In this document: positions 1 through 8,662 of the stretch, one piece after another
Layout: every line of letters begins with the position of its first letter
Position numbering within the stretch: the stretch's first letter is position 1
DNA from: a virus
Length of the DNA stretch: 64,000 nt
Reading direction: 5' to 3' (one strand)
Virus record (IMG/VR): IMGVR_UViG_3300028840_006907
Coordinates: 128,001-192,000 of that record
Program-made: the position numbers and the translations under genes
Notes under the pieces: generated by a model
Told to the model about the DNA's origin: nothing
Database searches by the model: none
The model's input: only the letters and a program-made list of their open reading frames with translations

Positions 1-66
1 ACCTTTTTCAGCTTCTTTGGCTACTGATTCAGGAGGTTTAAAATTGATATGTTCATATTTTTTCAT
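1..66 (-). CDS. hypothetical protein, N-terminal fragment (gene runs off window start)
   Basis: Reverse complement of 1-66 reads MKKYEHINFKPPESVAKEAEKG from ATG at 64-66, open to the window edge. Confidence 0.25.
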   Translation of the reverse strand, partial: MKKYEHINFKPPESVAKEAEKG

Positions 67-116
67 AATAAATAACTCCTTATTATGTTTTTATATATTT
101 ATAGATAATTATTTTT

Positions 117-202
117 GGAGGATATCCGAATTGGTTTAGGGGCTCGGTTGGAAACCGAGTGGGCTCAATGCCTTGCAGGTTCGATCCCTGTGTCCTCCGC
201 CA
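117..202 (+). tRNA. tRNA-Ser (anticodon GGA)
   Basis: Acceptor GGAGGAT/GTCCTCC, anticodon stem CTCGG/CCGAG with loop TTGGAAA, long variable arm, T-loop TTCGATC, encoded CCA. Confidence 0.8.
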
Positions 203-282
203 CTTTTTCAAAAAAACTTCCGAACAATTCTTGTTCTCATGTCGTATCATATATAGGGGCTGTTTTTTATGAAAGGTAAGAT

Positions 283-624
283 ATGGGTCGATACCAAATA
301 GCACTGGAGAAAAAACCTAAAAAGATCGAGTTAAATAAATCCGATACTAAGAAAATTGATATTTCTAATAAATCTGAATTAAAACAATCATATTTCACCG
401 ATCTTAAAGTGATGATGGAGTTTATGGCTGAAAAGGGTGGTAATTGGATACCAGAAAAAGATCTTTATTTTGAAGAGATCCCTTTAGTAGCCTATAAATC
501 TGATAACGAAATGGTTGTCATTACTGCAAAGGATATGCATCTTACGGAAAAGAATATAACGGAAATGGACAGAAAATCTTTTAGATCTGAGAAACCTCTT
601 CGATTTAAAAAGTTTTTTGAGTAG
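283..624 (+). CDS. small protein, MGRY-IAL N-terminal motif family (paralog 1 of 6)
   Basis: ORF track; N-terminus MGRYQIALEKK; shares internal EFM...W-x-P motif with paralogs; ends TAG. Confidence 0.5.
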   Translation: MGRYQIALEKKPKKIELNKSDTKKIDISNKSELKQSYFTDLKVMMEFMAEKGGNWIPEKDLYFEEIPLVAYKSDNEMVVITAKDMHLTEKNITEMDRKSFRSEKPLRFKKFFE

Positions 625-636
625 GATAGGAATCAT

Positions 637-945
637 ATGAGCCGGTATCGTATCATAGTTGATGAAAAAAAAGAAGAAGAACAGATCCATTTAAGACAGG
701 AACGAAATAAAGAAGAGAATAATCGCATATTTGACGATGTAAAAAAGATGAGTGACTTTATGTCCCTATTAAATTCAGTATGGGTTCCTACTCATTTTGG
801 GTTCATTATGAAATACAGGGAATTTGAAGGAGTGATAACAGTTATTATAAGTACTGCAGAGTATAATAAAACAAAAGATCTTTTACCCAAAGAATTGTTA
901 ATACAATTCGAAGCTCATGGAGTGGTAGTTTTTAAAAAATCATGA
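637..945 (+). CDS. small protein, MSRY N-terminal motif family (paralog 2)
   Basis: ORF track; N-terminus MSRYRIIVDEKK; AGGA upstream of ATG; C-terminal YNKTK motif. Confidence 0.5.
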   Translation: MSRYRIIVDEKKEEEQIHLRQERNKEENNRIFDDVKKMSDFMSLLNSVWVPTHFGFIMKYREFEGVITVIISTAEYNKTKDLLPKELLIQFEAHGVVVFKKS

Positions 946-1262
946 GTAGATACAAAATAGCATTAAATAAGGGAAAGTCTCCCGAAGATAAAGAATTAAA
1001 TGAGTATTTTGCAAATAAACCAGAACATAGTATTTCGTTTATAAGTGCTGTAGATGTTTATAATTTTTTATCTGAAGAAAGTGATAAATGGTTCCCAGAT
1101 TCTGGGACACCTTTGATAATAAGTTATGTAAATAAAGATAAAAATAGATCGTTTATGATAACTCAATATAACTGGAATAAGACAAAGCATTTTATACCAG
1201 TATCTATTTTGAGATCCATTGAAGAAAGAGCACCGTTTTTCGTATCAAAAAAGAGAGTATGA
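942..1262 (+). CDS. small protein, MSRY N-terminal motif family (paralog 3)
   Basis: ORF track; N-terminus MSRYKIALNKGK; YNWNKTK motif; ATGA overlap with upstream gene. Confidence 0.5.
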   Translation: MSRYKIALNKGKSPEDKELNEYFANKPEHSISFISAVDVYNFLSEESDKWFPDSGTPLIISYVNKDKNRSFMITQYNWNKTKHFIPVSILRSIEERAPFFVSKKRV

Positions 1263-1263
1263 A

Positions 1264-1788
1264 ATGGGACAAGAAATTTGGTTGTACCCAGATCCGGTTC
1301 AGATACCTAAGGTAAAAGAGTACGTTAAACTTTTAGGTAAGAGGGTGGATGATTATAATTACATCGATGGACCGGATTTTGATGGTTGGGAAATGAATTG
1401 TTGGATTGAATGGACAACAGTGGATCCCGAATGGGAGAGTGATACAGAAGAATACAGTTTTGAAGGTATGGATGAATTCTTAGAAATAGGTTATCAATCT
1501 CATCACTATAAGGGTGATTTCGCAGAATGTATTGCCTGGGAAATTAAAAAACGATTTACAATACTTAAAGTTGGTTGGGATTCAATTGGATGGTCCACTC
1601 AGTTCTGGGATAATGAGCCTTTTGATTTTCAGATAAAGATGAGACAAAAAACATTGAAAAAAGATTTGAGTGATGAAATGCGAAGGGATTTCGAAGAAGA
1701 AATAGTTATGATAAAAAAGATAAAAGAAGGCTGTATGGGTTTTGCCAAAGAGCTGTTCTTAAAAGCTGATCAATTACTAAAAAATTAA
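1264..1788 (+). CDS. hypothetical protein
   Basis: ORF track frame; start moved to ATG at 1264 (MGQEIWLYPD) to avoid overlap with upstream gene. Confidence 0.4.
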   Translation: MGQEIWLYPDPVQIPKVKEYVKLLGKRVDDYNYIDGPDFDGWEMNCWIEWTTVDPEWESDTEEYSFEGMDEFLEIGYQSHHYKGDFAECIAWEIKKRFTILKVGWDSIGWSTQFWDNEPFDFQIKMRQKTLKKDLSDEMRRDFEEEIVMIKKIKEGCMGFAKELFLKADQLLKN

Positions 1789-1790
1789 AT

Positions 1791-1946
1791 ATGGGTAGAT
1801 ACGAGATAGCACTAGATAAGCAACCGAAGAGAGTTTTAAATTTGAATCATTTTAAACAACAAGCCCAAACTGTTATATCAAGCTGGCCTAAATGGAAAAG
1901 ACAGGGAGCGGGTAAAGAGGAAACAGCTCCAATTAAAAGAAAATGA
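1791..1946 (+). CDS. small protein, MGRY-IAL N-terminal motif family (short paralog 4, 51 aa)
   Basis: Translated by eye: MGRYEIALDKQPKRVLNLNHFKQQAQTVISSWPKWKRQGAGKEETAPIKRK; below the track length cut-off. Confidence 0.4.
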   Translation: MGRYEIALDKQPKRVLNLNHFKQQAQTVISSWPKWKRQGAGKEETAPIKRK

Positions 1947-1964
1947 GTTATTAAGGGATACAGT

Positions 1965-2318
1965 ATGAGTCGTTTTGATATTGCCTTGGGTAAAGAACTC
2001 CCAAAGGTAAAAAAGACCAAAAATTCTAAGAAAAGTAAGAAGGCTAAAAAGAAGGTTATTTCTCCGTATGATTTAAAGAGTAATGTAACTGTATTTACGA
2101 ATGCTCGTAAGATGTATGAGTTTATGGGTTTGGCAATAGGTTCTTGGCATCCTGTTATTTCTGACCCACCGGTGATTGGTTATCATAACCCGGCTTGGGA
2201 AGGGATCTCGGTTACAATTAGTGTTGAAGATTACAACAAAACAAAAAGTCCAATTAAGGGTATTAAGATGCCTGTTATGAGTCCTGTTGAAATTGTAGGA
2301 AATTTGTTTAGAAAATAA
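1965..2318 (+). CDS. small protein, MSRF-IAL N-terminal motif family (paralog 5)
   Basis: ORF track; N-terminus MSRFDIALGKE; EFM...SWHPV and YNKTK motifs. Confidence 0.5.
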   Translation: MSRFDIALGKELPKVKKTKNSKKSKKAKKKVISPYDLKSNVTVFTNARKMYEFMGLAIGSWHPVISDPPVIGYHNPAWEGISVTISVEDYNKTKSPIKGIKMPVMSPVEIVGNLFRK

Positions 2319-2420
2319 ATGGCAGTGTAGCATAGTAGATTAATGCATTCGGCTCATATCCGGGAGATCGGAGGTTTAATTCCTCTCACTGCCACCAATT
2401 TACATAAAGAAAGAAGTAGT

Positions 2421-2621
2421 ATGACATATGAATTAGAATTTGATCCTGAATATGAAGAACAAATTCGTGAGGCAGAATTACTTGCTAGTGATATATGCCC
2501 TACGTGCCTTGGTTCAGGTAAGGTCTATGGTAAATGGAATACAAAAAAACGGTGTACTGACTGTGATGGTACAGGAAAACACCCGGATAATCATAAAGAA
2601 GAAAAGGAGCTTCCTTATTAA
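2421..2621 (+). CDS. small zinc-finger protein (DnaJ-type CXXCXGXG repeats)
   Basis: CPTCLGSGK...CTDCDGTGK in translation; start placed at internal ATG 2421 behind AAGAAG. Confidence 0.4.
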   Translation: MTYELEFDPEYEEQIREAELLASDICPTCLGSGKVYGKWNTKKRCTDCDGTGKHPDNHKEEKELPY

Positions 2622-2900
2622 TGGCAACAAACAACCAGACTACAACGCGCTGGGATCCTAATGGTGAAATCGTGAAAAACTATGGTTGTTTGAGCGATTG
2701 TGACGGTGCGATAATCCGATGACGGTGGACTCCGTAGCTGAAGCTCCATATCAGCTTCTATGGGTAACAATGGAGATAACCCATAGCGCAGGGCTGTCAT
2801 AGCTTTAGAGTGTCATATAAGGAAGTATCCTTATATAAATTTATTAACCCTTTACAAAGGAGGTAGATATGCTATAACACAATAAACAAGGAGTTATAGT

Positions 2901-3137
2901 ATGTCTAGAAGTTACAGAAAGCCGTATGTAAAAGACGGCTATGGATCAAAGGGCAAAAGATTCATGAAGAATTATGCCAATCGGGTGGTAAGGCATTCTA
3001 AGGATGTTCCGAATGGCAGAGCCTATAAGAAATTATTTTGTTCTTATGATATTTGTGATTATTATTTCTACGTGGAAGTAAAGAGAAAGGATGATCCTTA
3101 TTTTGAACCAGAGTTCTGGAAATACGCCAGAAAATGA
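2901..3137 (+). CDS. hypothetical protein
   Basis: ORF track; GGAG upstream of ATG. Confidence 0.4.
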   Translation: MSRSYRKPYVKDGYGSKGKRFMKNYANRVVRHSKDVPNGRAYKKLFCSYDICDYYFYVEVKRKDDPYFEPEFWKYARK

Positions 3138-3162
3138 AATAAAAGTACAAGCTACAAGGATA

Positions 3163-3309
3163 ATGCAGGAATTACTTAAACGCATCTTAGACAATTCTGC
3201 AGAGGTAGGACGACCAGACCCAGACATAAGATATGGCTCTTCTCTTCATGTTTTAAGTAAATCCATTGGGCAAGTCATGGCGGAGGAATTGGAGAAATTG
3301 AAGAAATGA
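3163..3309 (+). CDS. hypothetical small protein
   Basis: ORF track frame 3091..3309 trimmed to ATG 3163 behind AAGGA. Confidence 0.3.
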   Translation: MQELLKRILDNSAEVGRPDPDIRYGSSLHVLSKSIGQVMAEELEKLKK

Positions 3310-3503
3310 AAGTTTCATTCCATTTTTTATGGTATGACTTCTGGGTCGGGTTCTTTTGGGATCAAAAGAAACGAATTTTGTACTTTTGCCCATTACCATG
3401 TGCCGTTATTAAAATGAAATTCAGGAAAAGGAAAATTGATAAAGGTTTTCGACATCCAAAATTAAGCTTCTTTTATAAAGTTTTTAAAGGGAAAAAAGAA
3501 TAA
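3306..3503 (+). CDS. hypothetical small protein
   Basis: ORF track only. Confidence 0.25.
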   Translation: MKVSFHFLWYDFWVGFFWDQKKRILYFCPLPCAVIKMKFRKRKIDKGFRHPKLSFFYKVFKGKKE

Positions 3504-3557
3504 CTATTTGTGCTGTAATAAAGATGGGATTTTAATTGTAGAAAAAGTTATAGGATT

Positions 3558-4142
3558 ATGATGAGTGAAGCTCGTAAAAGTTATGCTAAACGTTCATTTA
3601 TTATAGGTAAATTTAAATATATCTTTAAAATATATGTTACTGAAGAACTAATATTTTCATCAGAGGATCTATTCCCTTTAAGGGATAAGACTATGATAAC
3701 ATTTTTTAGAACGAATTCTTATATTGAAACAGCAAAACAAATGAATATCTCAATTCCTGAATTAAAGAAAAAGATCTTAAATACTATAGAATTACTTGGA
3801 GAAGTTAGATCATTCTATTTAACGAAAAAACTTGTTAGGCATAATAAAAAAAGTAAAGATTGTAATTTAGGAACTTATAGAACAAAAAGAATAAGAGTAA
3901 GTGAATATAAAAAACCATTAGTTGAAGAATTCAGATGTAATATTAAGAGGTATCAAAATATAATGGGTAAATTTTTGAGCCCTTTAAAAAAGGATGTTAT
4001 GGAATTAATATTGAAAAACGGCTCTTATTTAAAAACAGCTAAAAGATTGAATATAACACCCAAAAAAGTCAGAAATGAGCTTGTGGGAATAGTTAAATTA
4101 CTTAAAAAGGTGAAAAAGACTGATTGGATTATTCCATCATAG
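3558..4142 (+). CDS. putative DNA-binding protein with two HTH-like segments
   Basis: Two similar segments (TAKQMNISIPELKKKIL and TAKRLNITPKKVRNELV) resembling helix-turn-helix / sigma region-4-like motifs; ends TAG. Confidence 0.4.
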   Translation: MMSEARKSYAKRSFIIGKFKYIFKIYVTEELIFSSEDLFPLRDKTMITFFRTNSYIETAKQMNISIPELKKKILNTIELLGEVRSFYLTKKLVRHNKKSKDCNLGTYRTKRIRVSEYKKPLVEEFRCNIKRYQNIMGKFLSPLKKDVMELILKNGSYLKTAKRLNITPKKVRNELVGIVKLLKKVKKTDWIIPS

Positions 4143-4154
4143 AAAAGAGATATT

Positions 4155-4322
4155 ATGACCATATGTCCTTATTGTAATGAACAAAGAAGTTTAGAGCATG
4201 ATAATTCATGTGTTCTCTGGAAACGAAGAATATACATAGGTTTTACGAATGCCCTGATGTGCCTTTTCGGGATACTTTTAATATTTGGTCTAATGTTTCT
4301 TGTAATAAAGTATGGTTGAAAG
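4155..4322 (+). CDS. small membrane protein with CxxC motif (55 aa)
   Basis: Translated by eye: MTICPYCNEQRSLEHDNSCVLWKRRIYIGFTNALMCLFGILLIFGLMFLVIKYG; in frame with the upstream ORF across a TAG. Confidence 0.3.
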
Positions 4323-4328
4323 ATTTAT

Positions 4329-4410
4329 GGCCGAGTGGCAGAATTGGCAGACGCGCTAGATTTAGGATCTAGTTTCGAAAGAATTGGAGGTTCGATCCCT
4401 CTCTCGGCTA
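4329..4410 (+). tRNA. tRNA-Leu (anticodon TAG)
   Basis: Acceptor GGCCGAG/CTCGGCT, anticodon stem CTAGA/TCTAG with loop TTTAGGA, long variable arm, T-loop TTCGATC, A73; no encoded CCA. Confidence 0.8.
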
Positions 4411-4438
4411 TTTAAAGAATTCTTTAAAGGTAAATAAG

Positions 4439-4741
4439 ATGAGAACTTATGGACAAATAGTAGATGATGTAAAAAAGGTTTCAGGGCCTCAATTAGTGGC
4501 TTTGTTCTGCGTCATAGCAGGTGAGTGTATAAAAAAGAAATGTTTCAATCCTGGTGGGATGAAAACAACTATTGCCAGAATAGAAAACAGAATTGCTGAA
4601 GAAATGGGTAAAGAAGAACCTAAACCTAAGATAGCGGAATTAACGTGTGGAAGTTGTGGAGCCACTTACACTTTAGATACGAATTATATACATCGTACAT
4701 GTGGCTTACGGGGCTGTAAAGGTAAGTTACATAAATTATAA
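4439..4741 (+). CDS. hypothetical Cys-containing protein
   Basis: ORF track; CGSCG...C..C residues. Confidence 0.4.
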   Translation: MRTYGQIVDDVKKVSGPQLVALFCVIAGECIKKKCFNPGGMKTTIARIENRIAEEMGKEEPKPKIAELTCGSCGATYTLDTNYIHRTCGLRGCKGKLHKL

Positions 4742-4749
4742 ATAAAAAT

Positions 4750-4833
4750 GATCGGGTGGAGGAATTGGGATACTCAGCAAATTTAAGCTTTGCTGTCCTT
4801 TGTGACATGCGGGTTCGATTCCCGCCCCGATTA
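4750..4833 (+). tRNA. tRNA-Leu (anticodon TAA)
   Basis: Acceptor GATCGGG/CCCGATT, anticodon stem GCAAA/TTTGC with loop TTTAAGC, long variable arm, T-arm GCGGG-TTCGATT-CCCGC, A73. Confidence 0.75.
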
Positions 4834-4846
4834 TTATATAATAATT

Positions 4847-5323
4847 ATGGTTTACAAAAATTGTAGAACATACGGCCCTTATGAAGGTAAAGATGGTAGA
4901 CTAAGAGTATGTGTAGTTTACCCTGATTTGAGTAAAAGAACAGTATCATATCCTAAATATCTTATGGAGAAACATTTGAATAGATATTTAGAAAAGAATG
5001 AAACAATAGATCATAAAGATGAAAATCCTTTAAATAATAAATTAAGTAATTTGAATATTCTTATTAAAGGTGATCATTGCCGTAAACATGCTAAGAGATT
5101 GTTACCTAGAAGTTTTAGCTGCCCTCAATGTAAGAAACCGTTTGTTTTATCAGGACGAAGATTACATGATGCTATACAAAACAGAAAAAGAGGTAAAGTG
5201 GGTCCTTTTTGTAATAAAAGATGTGGGGGAATATACGGAACAGATGTTCAAAATAAAAGAATAGAAGTTTTAGATGTGATTCAAATACCTGTTGAATATG
5301 AGCCTAAAATAAAAGAGATATAG
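4847..5323 (+). CDS. HNH endonuclease
   Basis: DHKDENPLNNKLSNL...GDHCRKH motif; track ORF starts inside tRNA-Leu, so start moved to ATG 4847. Confidence 0.55.
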   Translation: MVYKNCRTYGPYEGKDGRLRVCVVYPDLSKRTVSYPKYLMEKHLNRYLEKNETIDHKDENPLNNKLSNLNILIKGDHCRKHAKRLLPRSFSCPQCKKPFVLSGRRLHDAIQNRKRGKVGPFCNKRCGGIYGTDVQNKRIEVLDVIQIPVEYEPKIKEI

Positions 5324-5325
5324 AC

Positions 5326-5637
5326 ATGAATTTATATTGTCCAAAATGCAAGGAGCGTCGTGTTGCCCAAGTAGGTGCAGGGGCTTCTATAATGGTAAAT
5401 GGTAAACCTGCTGATTATAGCATTTTAAAAGGAATTATGAGATGCGGTGAGTGTGGTAGCTCATTGGTAGCAGAAGAAGATTTAATAGAATACAATCCTC
5501 ATAAATGTTTACCTGTTGGGTTTTCTTTTTGTGAAGGGTTTTGTCCACAGAAGACAGAAGATGGTAAATGCGGGTTTGATAAGTATGAGTTGTTAAGTTG
5601 TCCTTATGATTTAGGTAATCGTAATTGTAATTGTTAA
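5326..5637 (+). CDS. Cys-rich zinc-ribbon protein
   Basis: CPKCK...CGECG...multiple Cys in translation. Confidence 0.4.
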   Translation: MNLYCPKCKERRVAQVGAGASIMVNGKPADYSILKGIMRCGECGSSLVAEEDLIEYNPHKCLPVGFSFCEGFCPQKTEDGKCGFDKYELLSCPYDLGNRNCNC

Positions 5638-5644
5638 TAAATAA

Positions 5645-5727
5645 GGCCGGATGTTGGAATTGGTATACAAGGACGGCTCAAACCCGTTCGCCTTTACGGT
5701 ATGGGAGTTCGATTCTCCCTCCGGCTA
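5645..5727 (+). tRNA. tRNA-Leu (anticodon CAA)
   Basis: Acceptor GGCCGGA/TCCGGCT, anticodon stem GACGG/CCGTT with loop CTCAAAC, long variable arm, T-arm GGGAG-TTCGATT-CTCCC. Confidence 0.8.
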
Positions 5728-5741
5728 AATAAAGGATTCTT

Positions 5742-6035
5742 ATGAATAAAAGGTGCTTTTATACGTCAATAGTGCAAAGCCGGTATCATATCAGAGGCAC
5801 TAAGCCACAGGAACCTTATATTCATTATATAGATCCTTATCTTCGGAAGGTATTGAGATATCCTCGGTGGTTAAGATCTGATCTTAAATTTGAAGTACAA
5901 GAGCCCGTTTTATCGAAAAAAGAATATTTAAAAATAAAAATGAAAATTATAGCTAAAATTGCAAAAAAAGCTACAGAGCAAATTCAAGCTGAAGAAGATA
6001 GACGCATTATCAAATTTTTAAAGAAAGTTGCATAA
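5742..6035 (+). CDS. hypothetical protein
   Basis: ORF track. Confidence 0.35.
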   Translation: MNKRCFYTSIVQSRYHIRGTKPQEPYIHYIDPYLRKVLRYPRWLRSDLKFEVQEPVLSKKEYLKIKMKIIAKIAKKATEQIQAEEDRRIIKFLKKVA

Positions 6036-6376
6036 TGGAAAATAAAGAAATTACTCTTAGGGAAATTGGTGAATTAGCCAATAAACTAGAAGATGAAATC
6101 GGAATAAATCTGGATGCTGTGATGAATAAGTTGACTCAGGAGGTTGGAGAGTTCAATGATGCCATCCAAAAGCACAGAGGTATTCACAGCCGGTCATGGG
6201 TACCTTTGGTTAAAGTGATAGATGAGCTAGGTGATGTCCTTGTGAATTTAATATCGATAGCTTATAGGCTTGAAATTAATCCAGATGCCTTTCCTGGTAT
6301 AGCTGAGAAGACTCTTAATAAGTTCAAAGAGCGTAAGAATGATTACATAGAAAATAAGGGGATTGATAATGTATAG
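6035..6376 (+). CDS. MazG-like nucleotide pyrophosphohydrolase
   Basis: LTQEVGEFNDAI and ELGDVLVNLISIAYRL resemble the MazG/HisE all-alpha NTP-PPase EExxE/D motifs. Confidence 0.5.
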   Translation: MENKEITLREIGELANKLEDEIGINLDAVMNKLTQEVGEFNDAIQKHRGIHSRSWVPLVKVIDELGDVLVNLISIAYRLEINPDAFPGIAEKTLNKFKERKNDYIENKGIDNV

Positions 6377-6557
6377 TTCGATTCAAACTGATTTAGTGAC
6401 CAGACGTGTCCTTATAAATGATTATGAGGTAAAGGATTATGAGGGAATTGTAAGAGCCGTCTTTCATGATGGTAAATATTTAAAAGCCATAGTGGAAAAA
6501 GAAGGTGGTGAATTAGAACAGTGTAATGTTGTAGAGATGAAAATTATTAGAAAATAA
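6363..6557 (+). CDS. hypothetical small protein
   Basis: ORF track; overlaps upstream stop. Confidence 0.3.
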   Translation: MIMYSSIQTDLVTRRVLINDYEVKDYEGIVRAVFHDGKYLKAIVEKEGGELEQCNVVEMKIIRK

Positions 6558-6563
6558 ATATAC

Positions 6564-6642
6564 GCCCTGTTAGCTCAGTTGGATCTAGAGCAAGGCCCTT
6601 CTAAGGCTTAGGTCGGGGGTTCGAGTCCCTCACAGGGTGCCA
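6564..6642 (+). tRNA. tRNA-Arg (anticodon TCT)
   Basis: Acceptor GCCCTGT/ACAGGGT, D-stem GCTC/GAGC, anticodon stem AGGCC/GGCTT with loop CTTCTAA, T-loop TTCGAGT, encoded GCCA. Confidence 0.8.
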
Positions 6643-6867
6643 TTTTAATAATGCTCTAATAGCGCATTTTTAATAAATGCGAATGGAGGATTATTATGGA
6701 CGAGAACAAGAAGCATTTAATTGAAATGGCTACACTTAAGTACGGAGAAATTTATCCCACTAGTGAATGTAATTCCCTCTTAGAATGATTTACTGTAGTG
6801 GGAGGTAAGTTGTACCTCTGGTTTAATTTAAAGGATGGGAATACAAGAGTCCTGTCACGGGAGATAA

Positions 6868-7443
6868 ATGATGGGGATAAGGATTGATATTGAACATGTC
6901 CGGAAGATCCAGGAAGAACGGAAAAGAATTAATTCTATACCATTAGAACAAATTGAATGGTACGAAGATGGGATAAAATTGGAAATTCATCCCGATTTAA
7001 TAAGAGAATTTTTATTTACAGGATTAGATAATACTGACTTCATAATAAGTGAAATGTACAAAGATAAAGGTCCTTACAGAGTTTTTAAAGATTCTGAATG
7101 TGGTAGATTATTTGATGAGAAGCAAATTGTCGGGCAGAAAATGTGCTATTTAGGTGATGTTGGTTGTGGCTCAACCGGTATAGGACCTAGACCTATATTT
7201 GTTGATGCTGAAGAGTTTGTGAAAAGAGTAAGTACTTTACGATCAGAAGGTATGACAAAAGAACAGTGTAAAGAGTTTGTCTTTAAGAAACTGGAAAAGA
7301 AAGGGTGTGGTTATAATTTTAGTGGATCCTGGATTGAATGGGATAGTCTTATAGAAGCAGTTTTCGGTAATTTAGAAACTGATAACACGAATCCAGTTGT
7401 CCGGAACGTAATTGAAATAATGAAACGTGATAAGTCCCTGTAG
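6868..7443 (+). CDS. hypothetical protein
   Basis: ORF track; stop TAG overlaps the start of tRNA-Arg(CCT). Confidence 0.4.
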   Translation: MMGIRIDIEHVRKIQEERKRINSIPLEQIEWYEDGIKLEIHPDLIREFLFTGLDNTDFIISEMYKDKGPYRVFKDSECGRLFDEKQIVGQKMCYLGDVGCGSTGIGPRPIFVDAEEFVKRVSTLRSEGMTKEQCKEFVFKKLEKKGCGYNFSGSWIEWDSLIEAVFGNLETDNTNPVVRNVIEIMKRDKSL

Positions 7444-7509
7444 TTCAACAGGATAGAACATAGGTTTCCTAAACCTAGTATTGGGGTTCGAGTCCCTACA
7501 GGGATACCA
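7434..7509 (+). tRNA. tRNA-Arg (anticodon CCT)
   Basis: Acceptor GTCCCTG/CAGGGAT, D-stem GTTC/GAAC, anticodon stem TAGGT/ACCTA with loop TTCCTAA, T-loop TTCGAGT, encoded CCA. Confidence 0.8.
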
Positions 7510-7640
7510 TAAATTCATAATAGAAAGGAACATCAGAGTGCAGAAAAACATGTTGAAGGTGTTTAGCATTTTGCCCCATTATTACATACAATATGACACT
7601 CGAAATGTATAATTAAAAATGAGAGGAGGATGATGTAGCT

Positions 7641-8192
7641 ATGAACAACTATAAGACATTAGTATTAGCAGGTGGAGTACCTATTGACGTGGAAAGCTGG
7701 CAAAAATCATTAACAAAATGTATATCGGGAAAGGCCATAGCAATCAAGAATAGGAAAGAAATTGCCTTTGAGACTAATGGAGTAGTTACATACATACCTT
7801 CGATCATTGTAATCTTAAATACCTATTTTATGGGTAGATTAAGGTTTGTAAATACGGTTCCTCTTAATAGGCGTAATTTGTGGCTTAGGGATAAAGGTCA
7901 TTGTATGTATTGTAATAGTAAAATAACGACAGAAGAAGTGACTTTTGATCATGTCATTCCTCAAAGTAAAGGCGGTAAAACAACTTGGACGAACGTTGTC
8001 TGCTCGTGTTCTATTTGTAATAATAAAAAAGACAATAGAACTCCAAAACAGGCTAGGATGACTTTGGTAAAAGCACCAACGGTTCCTAAACTTAGTAAAA
8101 AGGTTGTCCAAAGAATGATAAAAAAGTTGGGAACTATTTCTATTAATGAGGATTCTTGGAAAGGTTATTGGGACGTGACTTTATTGTCGTAA
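7641..8192 (+). CDS. HNH endonuclease
   Basis: CMYCNSK...FDHVIPQSKGG...NVVCSCSICNNKK HNH motif; GAGGAGG upstream. Confidence 0.6.
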   Translation: MNNYKTLVLAGGVPIDVESWQKSLTKCISGKAIAIKNRKEIAFETNGVVTYIPSIIVILNTYFMGRLRFVNTVPLNRRNLWLRDKGHCMYCNSKITTEEVTFDHVIPQSKGGKTTWTNVVCSCSICNNKKDNRTPKQARMTLVKAPTVPKLSKKVVQRMIKKLGTISINEDSWKGYWDVTLLS

Positions 8193-8193
8193 G

Positions 8194-8224
8194 AAAAAGG
8201 GAGTATTTTTACTCCCTTTTTTTA
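8194..8224 (+). terminator. rho-independent terminator-like hairpin
   Basis: AAAAAGGGAGTA-TTTT-TACTCCCTTTTT perfect stem followed by a T-run, directly after the HNH stop. Confidence 0.55.
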
Positions 8225-8253
8225 TATTTAAAATTATAAAAGGAGAAAAAATT

Positions 8254-8514
8254 TTGAAAGCTGTATGCACATGGGGTGATGGACCCGATGTAATCTTATG
8301 TTTAGATGGAACACCTTTGGTTTTACTCGAAAATCCTGATTTAAATAATGGCCAATCAGTTCATGGTGTTGTAACTAAAGGTGATGTAGATTTAACTGCT
8401 GATCAGGCTTATAAATTGGGTTTTCAATTAATAAATGCCGCTCAACAGGCCAAAAAATTGTATGAAGGGATTAGGGGACAGGATGAGAAAAGAAATTCAG
8501 GAAATGATAGATAA
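8254..8514 (+). CDS. hypothetical protein (possible TTG start)
   Basis: ORF track; AAAGGAG upstream of TTG. Confidence 0.3.
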   Translation: MKAVCTWGDGPDVILCLDGTPLVLLENPDLNNGQSVHGVVTKGDVDLTADQAYKLGFQLINAAQQAKKLYEGIRGQDEKRNSGNDR

Positions 8515-8662
8515 AATTGATCGTGGTGAACACATGCCTTATAAAGTTATTAAAGGGCGGGTGCCTATAACAAACGGTGAAGAAGACTGGGACCAAGCAG
8601 AATTTACATCAACCGAGGAGAGGGTATTATGTCCAGAGACAGCGAATGCGAAGAATCATTAA
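8483..8662 (+). CDS. hypothetical small protein
   Basis: Track frame 8435..8662 trimmed to ATG 8483 behind AGGGGA. Confidence 0.3.
   Translation: MRKEIQEMIDKIDRGEHMPYKVIKGRVPITNGEEDWDQAEFTSTEERVLCPETANAKNH

Noticed and set aside
283-945. Possible TAG readthrough joining 283..624 and 637..945 (same frame, four codons apart)
   Set aside because: Both are independent members of the MSRY paralog family, each with its own family N-terminus, and the second has AGGA upstream of its ATG.
2618-2800. Track ORF on the minus strand (60 aa)
   Set aside because: No ribosome-binding site, and it spans the hairpin-rich ORF-poor interval; more likely structured RNA or regulatory DNA.
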